Shown here one piece after another: positions 55,861-64,000 of a stretch of DNA of 64,000 nt. Every line of letters starts with the position of its first letter. Positions within the stretch are counted from its first letter, which is position 1. The notes beneath the pieces were generated by a model. The model searched no databases and was not told where the DNA came from. It was given only the letters and a program-made list of their open reading frames with translations. Made by a program: the position numbers and the translations under genes. The DNA is from Candidatus Microgenomatus sp. (GTDB taxonomy: Bacteria > Patescibacteriota > Microgenomatia > UBA8517), in NCBI GenBank assembly GCA_020724585.1, contig DYGS01000001.1, positions 2,893 to 66,892 of the forward strand, given 5' to 3'.

Positions 55861-56832
55861 ATGACTACGAAGCTAAAGATATTACAATATTTGAATCGAA
55901 AGGGCGAAACAACAGGTAATGAGCTCTCAAACCATTTAGGTCTATCTGACAGGGCAATTCGAAAACAGTTGAAAAACTTGATTGAAGAAGGAAAAATTTC
56001 GAAAATAGGAATTCCTCCCAAAGTCTATTATTATTTAAGTGAGAGGAAAATGACAAAAGATACTCCATATTTAGATAAAAATACTGAAGAATTTATTAAT
56101 ACCAACTATTTATACATTTCTCCAATTGGCGAAAGACTTGATGGAGTAGCGGGATTCGTAGAATGGTGCAAAAAAACAAACCAATCCGTAGAAAAAACTG
56201 CAAAAAACTATGTTGAAACAATTAATAAATATTACAAGTTCAAAAGGCATGGGTTGATAAATGGAACATTAAAATTAAAAAATACATTTCAAAGAACTGG
56301 CCTTGAAAAACTTTATTACTTAGATTTTTATTCAATTGACAGGTTTGGGAAAACCAAACTTGGACAGATGCTTTTGTATGCAAAACAAAGTCAAAACAAA
56401 GCATTAATGAAAGAGATATCTACAAATATTCGTCCAAAAATTATGAGGTTAATTAAAAAACTTAATATCACAAGCATTGGGTTTATTCCCCCAACTGTTA
56501 AAAGACAATTCCAATTTATGAAAGAGTTGCAAAAAAATCTTAGACTTGATCAAAATATAATTACAATTTCAAAAGCAAAAATACCTTACATGACACCGCA
56601 AAAAACACTAACCAAACTTGAGGATAGAATAGAAAATGCAAAAAAAACAATAATCGTGGAGGATAATAATAAACATAAAAATATTCTTTTAATTGACGAC
56701 GCAGTTGGTTCTGGAGCAACATTAAATGAAACTGCTTTACAAATCAAAAGAAAAAAACTTTGTACAGGTAAAATCTACGGACTAGCAATAGTCGGTAGTT
56801 TTAAAGGTTTTGATGTAATCAGCGAAGTGTAA
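55861..56832 (+). CDS. winged-helix HTH domain protein fused to phosphoribosyltransferase (ComF-like PRTase) domain
   Basis: N-terminal ETTGNELSNHLGLSDRAIRKQLKNLIEEGKI (wHTH) and C-terminal ILLIDDAVGSGATLNE PRTase motif. Confidence 0.55.
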   Translation: MTTKLKILQYLNRKGETTGNELSNHLGLSDRAIRKQLKNLIEEGKISKIGIPPKVYYYLSERKMTKDTPYLDKNTEEFINTNYLYISPIGERLDGVAGFVEWCKKTNQSVEKTAKNYVETINKYYKFKRHGLINGTLKLKNTFQRTGLEKLYYLDFYSIDRFGKTKLGQMLLYAKQSQNKALMKEISTNIRPKIMRLIKKLNITSIGFIPPTVKRQFQFMKELQKNLRLDQNIITISKAKIPYMTPQKTLTKLEDRIENAKKTIIVEDNNKHKNILLIDDAVGSGATLNETALQIKRKKLCTGKIYGLAIVGSFKGFDVISEV

Positions 56833-56862
56833 TTAAATTCAAAATATTGTATTATATAACTA

Positions 56863-57267
56863 ATGCCTAACCTCAATACAACTAATAATTTAAAGCTAAG
56901 AACTAAGAGCTTAAAATCAAATAGCCTCAGAGATAGAACCTTTGACTTTTCTATTCAAATAATTAAATTAATTTCTAATTTTCCAAACAAAACTGTTTAT
57001 TGGAAGATTGGAGATCAATTATTGCGATCAGGAACAAGTATCGGTGCAAATGTTACAGAAGCTCAGGGCTCATTATCTAAAAAAGAATTTATTAGCTTTT
57101 ACCATATAGCTTTAAAAAGCGCCAAAGAAACTGTTTATTGGCTTGAGATACTGCAAAAGTCTAACTTGATTAAAGAATCAGAATTATCTTGGTTTATTGA
57201 TGAATCAAACCAATTAGTTAAAATGCTTACATCGAGTATACTTACATTAAAGAGAAATTTGAATTAA
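56863..57267 (+). CDS. four-helix-bundle protein (TIGR02436-type, 23S rRNA intervening-sequence protein family)
   Basis: GDQLLRSGTSIGANVTEAQGSLSKKEFISFYHIALKSAKETVYWLEIL signature. Confidence 0.7.
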   Translation: MPNLNTTNNLKLRTKSLKSNSLRDRTFDFSIQIIKLISNFPNKTVYWKIGDQLLRSGTSIGANVTEAQGSLSKKEFISFYHIALKSAKETVYWLEILQKSNLIKESELSWFIDESNQLVKMLTSSILTLKRNLN

Positions 57268-57276
57268 AATAAAATT

Positions 57277-58935
57277 ATGAAAATAACTAAAATGCATTTT
57301 GTAAAAAAAATTGTTCTGATATTAATGTCTTCACTATTAGTTCTTAGTTCTTCGCTATTAACTCCTGCCATGGCAATGGCAGCCGACCCCGCCCCAAGCA
57401 CTTGGTACAATCAGGGTTTTACTGACTGGTATTCAAAAGTTTACGGCGACGAATCCCCCCCATCTGAAATTTTTGGAGAAAGATATACTGCAGCCCAAGT
57501 TCAATGGATTTTATATTCACTCTTTGCGTTTCCAATTAATTTTTTGGGTAGTAAAGTACAAGGTGCTGTAGCTTGTCTTTACGCTTTTGGACCCGGAAGT
57601 GTGTTTGATAAAACTGCTTGTATTCAACAGACTTTAGAAGCAGCTGGTGACGCTTTTCAGGTACTAAAAATTACAACATCTGTGGGCAACAACACAACAG
57701 AAACTAAAAGTTTTGCTAGCGCAGTATTCCAAGGATATAATAATAGGCCTGTTTCTGGTATAAAATATTTGAACGATACATTTTTTAGACTAAACATTAT
57801 TCAAACAGCCAATGCACAAGGATTTGGATATACCACCGCGATCGATGGTTTAAAAGAATATTGGCAAGGTTTTAGAGATATTGCATATGCCTTATCTGTA
57901 TTGGTAGTTATCATCTTTGCTTTTATGATAATGTTTCGAGTAAAGCTGTCGCCACAACTAGTTATTTCGGTTCAATCAGCCTTACCTAAAATTGTGGGCG
58001 CATTAATATTAGCGACATTCTCATATGCCATAGCAGGCTTTGTGATAGATCTTTCTTATGTTGTGGGTGGGTTATTCGCCTCACTAATGTCACTTGCTGG
58101 TTTTGCACAGTCAATACAAGGTCAAGGGCCAGCGCAAGCAAGTGCTTTTCAAAATGCATTTAATCAAATTATGCCAATTCAAGGAACTCAGGCTGTGGGG
58201 GGTTTCTATATACTTATTTGGATGTTTAGTTATACTATCGTCTTTTTCTTTGCAGCTGCATGGGCACTAATAAGTACAATTTCAGGGTTGTCTGTTTACG
58301 GTGTTTTGGCGGGAGTTTTAATGGTATTACTTACAATTTGGTTACTGATTTTAATGCTGTGGTACACCCTAAAAGTTCCTTGGGTCTTATTAAAAAACTT
58401 AATCAGTTTGTTTGTGTCGATTATAGTTGCACCGCTTCAAATAGTAATTGGGGCACTGGTTCCCACAATTGGTTTTGGGGTATGGTTTAAAAAGATTATT
58501 GCAGAAGCGCTTGTGTTTCCTCTTACTGGTCTATTTATGTTTTTGGCCTTGAAAACGCTTATGGCTTCTTTCGCAGCCAGTACTGGACAATTTTTACACT
58601 ATGAAGACGGCACATTATGGACACCTCCCATTTTAGGATCATCTGAGGATATGGCAGGCATAATTTGGCTATCTGTAAGTTTTGTTTTTATTACTATGAT
58701 TCCAAAGGCAGTTGATATAATGAAGATGCTTATCATGGGTGCCAAATTTGACTTTGGAAGCGCAATTGGTGAAGCTGCACAACCTCTAACTGGTGCATTA
58801 AGACTTTCCTCGGCCATAGGAAATATTGGGAAAGAGATTTCTACAGGGTGGGGTTTTCTTAACCCTAAATCAGACCAAGAAATTGGTGGTGCTAGCAGTC
58901 AGAAAAAATGGTGGGATCCAAGAAAAAAGTCTTGA
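57277..58935 (+). CDS. secreted/polytopic membrane protein (signal peptide, ~200-aa extracytoplasmic domain, then about 6 TM helices; VirB6/TrbL-like topology)
   Basis: Hydrophobicity pattern only. No named motif, so any VirB6/TrbL assignment is an inference. Confidence 0.4.
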   Translation: MKITKMHFVKKIVLILMSSLLVLSSSLLTPAMAMAADPAPSTWYNQGFTDWYSKVYGDESPPSEIFGERYTAAQVQWILYSLFAFPINFLGSKVQGAVACLYAFGPGSVFDKTACIQQTLEAAGDAFQVLKITTSVGNNTTETKSFASAVFQGYNNRPVSGIKYLNDTFFRLNIIQTANAQGFGYTTAIDGLKEYWQGFRDIAYALSVLVVIIFAFMIMFRVKLSPQLVISVQSALPKIVGALILATFSYAIAGFVIDLSYVVGGLFASLMSLAGFAQSIQGQGPAQASAFQNAFNQIMPIQGTQAVGGFYILIWMFSYTIVFFFAAAWALISTISGLSVYGVLAGVLMVLLTIWLLILMLWYTLKVPWVLLKNLISLFVSIIVAPLQIVIGALVPTIGFGVWFKKIIAEALVFPLTGLFMFLALKTLMASFAASTGQFLHYEDGTLWTPPILGSSEDMAGIIWLSVSFVFITMIPKAVDIMKMLIMGAKFDFGSAIGEAAQPLTGALRLSSAIGNIGKEISTGWGFLNPKSDQEIGGASSQKKWWDPRKKS

Positions 58936-58944
58936 TAAAAACCC

Positions 58945-61014
58945 TTATCTACTTCCAACTAAACCAAGAGCGTTTGCGATTGAATTGCCCATTCTAATCA
59001 TAGATCCAATTCTCTGTAGTGTTTTTGCATCTAATTGACCCGACTGATCATTACTTCTAAGCATTTTTATAAGGTCATTATAGTTATCCTCAGCAAACGG
59101 ATTATCCGCTATTGTAAAGGAAATATCTCCACCTTGTAAAGCTTGTAAATGTCCTTGTTTATAGTTAAATTCTGGACCAAGCAAAAAACTCCTAGCCTCA
59201 TAAAGAGGTCTCGTTTTTGACTCAGGGTCAAAAACAATTTTAAGAGCATCGCCCTTATCTGGTGGTTTCGTCTCAAGAGTACTTGCCAATATTTTGGCTT
59301 CTAGAATTCTAATTATCTGTGCACCGGCAATGTCTCTCCCTATCTCACCATCAACTTCTTGGGTACCTAATACCTGAGCACATAACCTCTCTGCTTCTAA
59401 TAAATCATTTAATGCCGGACCGCTCCAAAGAGAAAGATTTTGAGCCATTGGACCACCTGTAATTTTGTTTATCATTTGAGATTGGCGATTAAGTATTTTG
59501 ATATTTGTAACAGCAGAGGCTATTGGCAATCTTATGTTAGGAGGTAGGTCCTTCCCTTCTTTTTCTTCATATAATTCCTTAATCACATTATAAATATCTG
59601 TTGGTCGGAAAGCACTATCTAACATATCTAAAACAATTGAGGCAGAATTTTTATACACACTTTTTAATCTCTGTAATCCTGTTGGGTGTATCACAAAATC
59701 AAAAGGGTCACCACCCCAACCTTTTGGAATCGGCTGTAATTTACTAGGCTTATTATGTAGATCAGATTTATTAACAATATCTACATATTCAGTCCACTTA
59801 TCAACCAAAAAGATGTCGCAAGCGAGCTTTGCTGCCGCTCTCGTAACTCTCGTGTCCATCTCAGCGGTTCTAACCTCTTTTACAAGAACTTTGTCTATAT
59901 AAGCATCAAGTCCACCCTGTCTAGCCTCATCTTTAACAAAATGAATAACTCCATTTGCATTCATATTTATTTTGTCGCTATGAATTGTAATCTTTCTTGG
60001 TGTTTGGTTTTTATCGCCATGCCATTCGCTTTCTCCGTTTTGTTCAATTCCTAAATCCTCCATTAATCTGTCGTAATATTTTCTTATCAAAGGATCATTT
60101 AATAAATTTATTATTTTGTTTGGATCAGCATGTAGCAAATATGCATCATTCTCGTCCTGCCATCCGATATTTGGAGAGCCTTTCTCATTGCTACCAGTTA
60201 AAATTTTTGCATAATCTTCAAATGCACCACCTGATATTTCCATCGCCCTTGCAGAAGCAGTCACTGCCATTGATGCTCTTAAAAATTCATTCGAACTTTC
60301 TAGTTCTGTATTTGTAATTCTTGCACCCTTTTCCTTTGCAACATGTAAGTCCGTTTCATAATTTAAGGTTGCACTTAGCCATCCAGCATTCATTCTTGCG
60401 TTTTTTAAATACAATGAATTAAAAGCATATAAATTTCTAAAAACAAACTTCCGTCTATCTGATTGTTTTTCTGGGTCCAATCTAACAACTAATTCGGGTG
60501 AAACAAGATACGGTTCATTCTGTCCATTTTTAAAAACAGCACCGAGGTATAATGGTTGATCTCTCGCCGGTATTTTTTCTCTGTCATGGGCTACAGTAAC
60601 AACTGATGGGGTATTTCTTTCGTTTGCTACCAATAATTCTTGTCTTTGTTCGATGCGTTCCATCCACAATGCAGCCTCGCCTAAATCTAGACCCTCCTCA
60701 ATCATTTTATCAATCTCATCATGTATCTTCATTAAATAATCTGAATTCACGGATATATCACTTCTACGGGCCAATAATCTTATTTTCATTCGAAGTTTTG
60801 GATCATTTATGTCGTCGAACTCCTTCATGTCTCGCACTAACCAACTTGCCCATTTTTCATCATCTTTACCATTAATTCTACCTTTGTCAAGATTTGCCTC
60901 TATATCTTTACCTATTTCAATTGAACGAGAGATGTTCATTTCAGACCCAACTAATTTAGTAGCCCCACCCACATTGAATTTAACTGGATATTCAGTCGCT
61001 TCTGCCATATTCAT
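58945..61014 (-). CDS. hypothetical large protein (689 aa)
   Basis: Long ORF with no Walker motifs or TM helices recognised. Confidence 0.4.
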   Translation of the reverse strand: MNMAEATEYPVKFNVGGATKLVGSEMNISRSIEIGKDIEANLDKGRINGKDDEKWASWLVRDMKEFDDINDPKLRMKIRLLARRSDISVNSDYLMKIHDEIDKMIEEGLDLGEAALWMERIEQRQELLVANERNTPSVVTVAHDREKIPARDQPLYLGAVFKNGQNEPYLVSPELVVRLDPEKQSDRRKFVFRNLYAFNSLYLKNARMNAGWLSATLNYETDLHVAKEKGARITNTELESSNEFLRASMAVTASARAMEISGGAFEDYAKILTGSNEKGSPNIGWQDENDAYLLHADPNKIINLLNDPLIRKYYDRLMEDLGIEQNGESEWHGDKNQTPRKITIHSDKINMNANGVIHFVKDEARQGGLDAYIDKVLVKEVRTAEMDTRVTRAAAKLACDIFLVDKWTEYVDIVNKSDLHNKPSKLQPIPKGWGGDPFDFVIHPTGLQRLKSVYKNSASIVLDMLDSAFRPTDIYNVIKELYEEKEGKDLPPNIRLPIASAVTNIKILNRQSQMINKITGGPMAQNLSLWSGPALNDLLEAERLCAQVLGTQEVDGEIGRDIAGAQIIRILEAKILASTLETKPPDKGDALKIVFDPESKTRPLYEARSFLLGPEFNYKQGHLQALQGGDISFTIADNPFAEDNYNDLIKMLRSNDQSGQLDAKTLQRIGSMIRMGNSIANALGLVGSR

Positions 61015-61040
61015 AATTTTACCATTTTATTTATAAAATG

Positions 61041-61210
61041 GCCAAACTTTGTTTATTATTTTATTCACTTTGTGAAGGGTGAGGAGGAAAGAGGGAAAAG
61101 GAATGAGGAAAGAGAGAAAACAGAACAGAGGAAAGAGAAGTGAGGAGAGAGTTAACCACAAAAACTCATTCCTACTTACTCATTCCTGTTTCCTGTTCAC
61201 TCATTCCTAA
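61041..61210. repeat. homopurine (GA-rich) tract followed by its imperfect reverse complement (cctcattcc repeats)
   Basis: ggaatgagg occurs in the purine arm, and cctcattcc occurs three times in the pyrimidine arm, so the region can fold into a long imperfect hairpin or H-DNA. Confidence 0.55.
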
Positions 61211-61573
61211 TTACTTACTTACGCTCTTTATAAGCCCAGCCAACATTCTAGATATCTCCTCATTTCTAGCCACGAACTCCTTTACTTTGTTTCTGTCAAA
61301 TTCTTTCATCTCTGCAATTATTTCCAACCAACAACCGGTTTCGTAATTTGAGCCCCTTGCAATATCTAAAAATAGTTTAAAACTTTTCTTGGAGTTTCTT
61401 CCGTAACCTTCTGCAATATTTGCAGGAATTGATCCAACCGCACGAAATAATTGATTTAAAAGAAACTGCTTTGGAATAGGCAATTTATAATCTGAAAAGT
61501 GTTGAATAATATCAACTGTTAATCGTTTTGACTTTTGATATACAAGAAGTTCTTTGTGTGAAGTTAAACTCAT
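61211..61573 (-). CDS. four-helix-bundle protein (TIGR02436-type), second copy
   Basis: LVYQKSKRLTVDI...AVGSIPANIAEGYGRNSKKSFKLFLDIARGSNYETGCWLEI. Confidence 0.7.
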   Translation of the reverse strand: MSLTSHKELLVYQKSKRLTVDIIQHFSDYKLPIPKQFLLNQLFRAVGSIPANIAEGYGRNSKKSFKLFLDIARGSNYETGCWLEIIAEMKEFDRNKVKEFVARNEEISRMLAGLIKSVSK

Positions 61574-61599
61574 ATCTTAATCATACACTTTCCTCATTC

Positions 61600-62040
61600 C
61601 TGTCTCCTCTTTTCTATCTAGGAATAGCTTAGAAATCTAATATCTAATTTAATCTTATGTTCTTTAGAAAATATTTTTTTAATTCACTCCAATTAAATTC
61701 AACTAACATATTTGGATCAACATCATTTTTTGCATCACCAAAATAAATCAGTGCTTTTTTTAGGTATTAGTTACAAACCGAGAATTTTTAAGGTTTAATT
61801 TTATATATATGTTGCCAAAAATTTTTAGATTTTTTTGAAAGTCTACCATTTGAAATTACATTTTTAATTAACTCCCTATCAAAATTTTTATTAGGTCAAT
61901 CAATTGCCTTGGCATTTCCTAATTCTAGTATTCTATTAATAAAATACTTGTTTTTTAGTTACATCTACTTTTTTTGGATCAATGTCCCAAAAATATTTGT
62001 GAAGTGTTTTTAGCAGCATCATGTTCATATTATACTATTT
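61600..62040 (-). pseudogene. possible decayed remnants of DUF4143-type ATPase paralog(s)
   Basis: Minus-strand fragments translate to ALIYFGDAKNDVDPNMLVEFNW and LLKTLHKYFWDIDPKKVDV, resembling the K-x-YF-x-D motif region (KLYFLDTGL) of the adjacent intact ATPase. No intact ORF. Confidence 0.3.
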
Positions 62041-62043
62041 TAC

Positions 62044-62088
62044 TTGTGAAAATGTCGGTCTAGTTGCACCAAAAGCAGTACAGAGTAC
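62044..62088 (+). repeat. 45-bp direct repeat A flanking the AAA ATPase gene (ttgtgaaaatgtcggtctagttgcaccaaaagcagtacagagtac)
   Basis: 41/45 identical to 63314-63358. Confidence 0.75.
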
Positions 62089-62118
62089 AAAGAAAGCATA
62101 GAGAAACAATTGTTATAT

Positions 62119-63267
62119 CTATATTTGTGTATACGGAAGATATTGGACGCCTCCAGTAACTTTTAGGGGCTCTTTGATTAAGGAAATTATTGTTTTAGAT
62201 TTAAAATCTTTTGATTTTTTCTCAAAATAATTCATATTTTTTTCAAATTCTGTATCTGTCTTTGCCGCAATTTTAAACTCATACATATGAAGCCCGTTGT
62301 CATGAATAAGTAAGTCAACTTCGTGGCCTTCTTTGTCTCTTAAATAATATAAATATGGTATTTTGCCTTGGTTTATATATTTTTTGATAAATTCACAAAC
62401 CAAGTGGGTTTCATAAAAAGCTCCAGACATTGCTCCTGCTCTCATGGTGTCTGGGCTATTCCACCTAGTTAGAAATGAGGCCAGTCCTGTATCTAAAAAG
62501 TATAATTTCGGTGCTTTAATTATTCTTTTTGTTATATTTGCAAAATATGGACGGAGCAAATAAATTTGTTTTGTAGCTTCTAAAATTGAAAGCCATTCAC
62601 TTGCCGTAGTAATTGGAATTCCTGCATCTCTTGCCATGTCGGAAATATTTAAAATCTGGGCGGTCCTTGCTGCACAAACTTCAATAAAACGGTTAAATTC
62701 TGATATTTTTGTTATGCCGAAAATATCAGACAAGTCTCTGTCTAAATAAGTTTGTATATAAGAATTGAAAAAAGTATTTCTGTCTGGTTTATTTTTTGAT
62801 TGAAAAATTGGAAATCCCCCTTCAAAGATTTCTTCGAAAAGTGATTTTATTTTAAGCTTCTCTTTCTGAGATAGACCCAATAAGTCTAGGATTGCAACTC
62901 TCCCAGCAAGTGACTCTTGAATGTTTTTAATGAGATTAAACTGTTGAGATCCTGTAATCCAGAATTGTCCATTTTTATCTGATCTGTCAACTATTTCCTT
63001 TATCACTGAGAAAAGTTCGGGTGCATATTGTACTTCATCAATAATTACTGGTAATTTTAATTGCTCTATAAAAAGTTTTGGATCATCTTTAGCGCTTCTC
63101 CTTTGGACTACATCATCAAGTGTTACATATGTTCTATTCTCATTTTCTGAAAGTTTTTTTAATAATGTAGTCTTACCAACCTGCCTTGGCCCACCAAGAT
63201 ATACGACCTTAAAAGTTCTACTTGCTCGCAAGACAACTTCTTCTAGCAGCCTAGGTATATAGTTCAT
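62119..63267 (-). CDS. AAA-family ATPase with DUF4143-like C-terminal domain
   Basis: Walker A GGPRQVGKTT, Walker B VIIDEVQY, KLYFLDTGL motif. Confidence 0.7.
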   Translation of the reverse strand: MNYIPRLLEEVVLRASRTFKVVYLGGPRQVGKTTLLKKLSENENRTYVTLDDVVQRRSAKDDPKLFIEQLKLPVIIDEVQYAPELFSVIKEIVDRSDKNGQFWITGSQQFNLIKNIQESLAGRVAILDLLGLSQKEKLKIKSLFEEIFEGGFPIFQSKNKPDRNTFFNSYIQTYLDRDLSDIFGITKISEFNRFIEVCAARTAQILNISDMARDAGIPITTASEWLSILEATKQIYLLRPYFANITKRIIKAPKLYFLDTGLASFLTRWNSPDTMRAGAMSGAFYETHLVCEFIKKYINQGKIPYLYYLRDKEGHEVDLLIHDNGLHMYEFKIAAKTDTEFEKNMNYFEKKSKDFKSKTIISLIKEPLKVTGGVQYLPYTQI

Positions 63268-63313
63268 ATATGACTATATTACATTGACAGCGTAAATTAG
63301 TCAAGCACCAATT

Positions 63314-63358
63314 TTGTGAAAATGTTGATCTAGTTGCACCATAAACAGTACAGAGTAC
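63314..63358 (+). repeat. 45-bp direct repeat B flanking the AAA ATPase gene
   Basis: ttgtgaaaatgttgatctagttgcaccataaacagtacagagtac matches copy A. Confidence 0.75.
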
Positions 63359-63420
63359 TTAGTACAAAGTACATAAATATCACTGTGAAACATTAAACAA
63401 GTTGCAACAAAAGCTTCACA

Positions 63421-63490
63421 TAGTACGATAAAGGTAGTACCTAGTACAAAGTACACAGTACATAATACACAGTACATAGTACATAGTACA
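63421..63490 (+). repeat. GTAC-rich microsatellite-like tract (agtac/catagtaca units)
   Basis: tagtacaaagtacacagtacataatacacagtacatagtacatagtacatag. The track ORF 63301-63513 is just its translation. Confidence 0.7.
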
Positions 63491-63511
63491 TAGAAAAAAC
63501 AAACACAAAAC

Positions 63512-63886
63512 ATGGTTAATAGTTATAAAGATTTAACTGTATTTCAAAAATCAAAAGCTTTAACTATTGACGTAATCAAATACTTTAAGAAAAATAAAGT
63601 AAATAAATCAAATGACTTTTTACTTAATCAAGTTTTTAGATCTGTAAGTTCAGTTGGAGCTAATTTGGCTGAAGGATTTGGAAGAAACTATAGTCAAAAT
63701 TTTAAACAATTTGTTGGAATTGCTAGAGGTTCATCTTTCGAAACAGAATATTGGCTTGAGATATTATTAGATTTAAATGAATTTGATCAAAAAATTATTA
63801 AAGAATTCATTGAAAGAAATACAGAAATAAACAAAATGTTAACAGGATTAATGAAAAATATGAAAGGAGAATCGACTAAGTACTAA
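63512..63886 (+). CDS. four-helix-bundle protein (TIGR02436-type), third copy
   Basis: LTVFQKSKALTIDV...SVSSVGANLAEGFGRNYSQNFKQFVGIARGSSFETEYWLEIL. Confidence 0.7.
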   Translation: MVNSYKDLTVFQKSKALTIDVIKYFKKNKVNKSNDFLLNQVFRSVSSVGANLAEGFGRNYSQNFKQFVGIARGSSFETEYWLEILLDLNEFDQKIIKEFIERNTEINKMLTGLMKNMKGESTKY

Positions 63887-63906
63887 GTACTCTGTACTAT
63901 GTACTG
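63875..63906 (+). repeat. GTAC-rich short repeat overlapping the stop of the third four-helix-bundle gene
   Basis: actaagtactaagtactctgtactatgtactg. Shares a 16-mer (ctaagtactctgtact) with the copy inside gap (21186-21201) and 26/27 nt with 41836-41863. Confidence 0.7.
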
Positions 63907-64000
63907 CGTCTTCGACGCATGGAACAACATCCAATACCGCAACAGATAAGTTCATATCAGTTTAAGCTGGTTGGGGATATGACTTTAAAACAGTTTTTCC

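Noticed and set aside
57277-61014. Considered calling VirB6 and VirB4 outright
   Set aside because: The 552-aa protein has only topology-level resemblance to VirB6/TrbL. The 689-aa protein has no Walker A/B motifs, so it is not a VirB4/VirD4-type ATPase. Left as hypotheticals.
63301-63513. 70-aa Cys/Val/Tyr-rich minus-strand ORF
   Set aside because: It is purely the translation of the GTAC/CATAGTACA microsatellite, with no start context.
1-64000. CRISPR arrays, rRNA genes, transposases and integrases
   Set aside because: No direct-repeat/spacer periodicity, no rRNA-like conserved stretches and no DDE or tyrosine/serine recombinase motifs were seen on either strand.

Overview
AT-rich (~35% GC), gene-dense bacterial chromosomal segment that uses TGA as a stop codon (standard code). 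The gene content suggests a small-genome bacterium of the Patescibacteria/CPR type: archaeal-type TIM, class I aldolase, split transketolase, monomeric class II RNR, many toxin-antitoxin pairs and a tandem array of small pilin-like genes. This lineage call is an inference. In order, the window holds a nucleotide-metabolism block (PduO-type cobalamin adenosyltransferase, two Nudix, MazG-like, AdoCbl-dependent RNR NrdJ), two tandem class A PBPs plus a beta-lactamase-like serine hydrolase, and a BrnT/BrnA module flanked by 34-bp direct repeats. It continues with a glycolysis/pentose-phosphate cluster (2-hydroxyacid DH, PfkB kinase, class I FBA, split transketolase, LOG, GAPDH, PGK, RpiB, archaeal-type TIM), thiol-redox proteins, an ABC exporter and a second BrnTA pair. 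After that come tRNA-Asn, rnhB, a beta-CASP RNase, rpoD-dnaG, a tRNA island (four tRNA-Ser isoacceptors plus tRNA-Arg), comF, smpB and ssrA (tmRNA). The standout locus is 46.8-52.3 kb: eight tandem paralogous two-helix hairpin membrane proteins with a conserved S-G-G-D-K loop (TrbC/VirB2-pilin-like). They are followed by an 827-aa cysteine-rich secreted protein with a possible lysozyme-like C-terminus and a polytopic membrane protein, and are interleaved with the DNA-uptake genes dprA, comM and comF-like. Other recurring non-coding features are consensus sigma70 promoters whose spacers are (CA)n dinucleotide tracts of differing length, partial duplicates of the 3' ends of two tRNA-Ser genes and of tmRNA 75-110 bp downstream of each gene, a dispersed GTAC-rich short repeat family (also found in-frame inside gap and comM), and three four-helix-bundle (TIGR02436-type) genes flanking a repeat-bounded AAA ATPase gene. 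No rRNA, CRISPR array, integrase or transposase was recognised.
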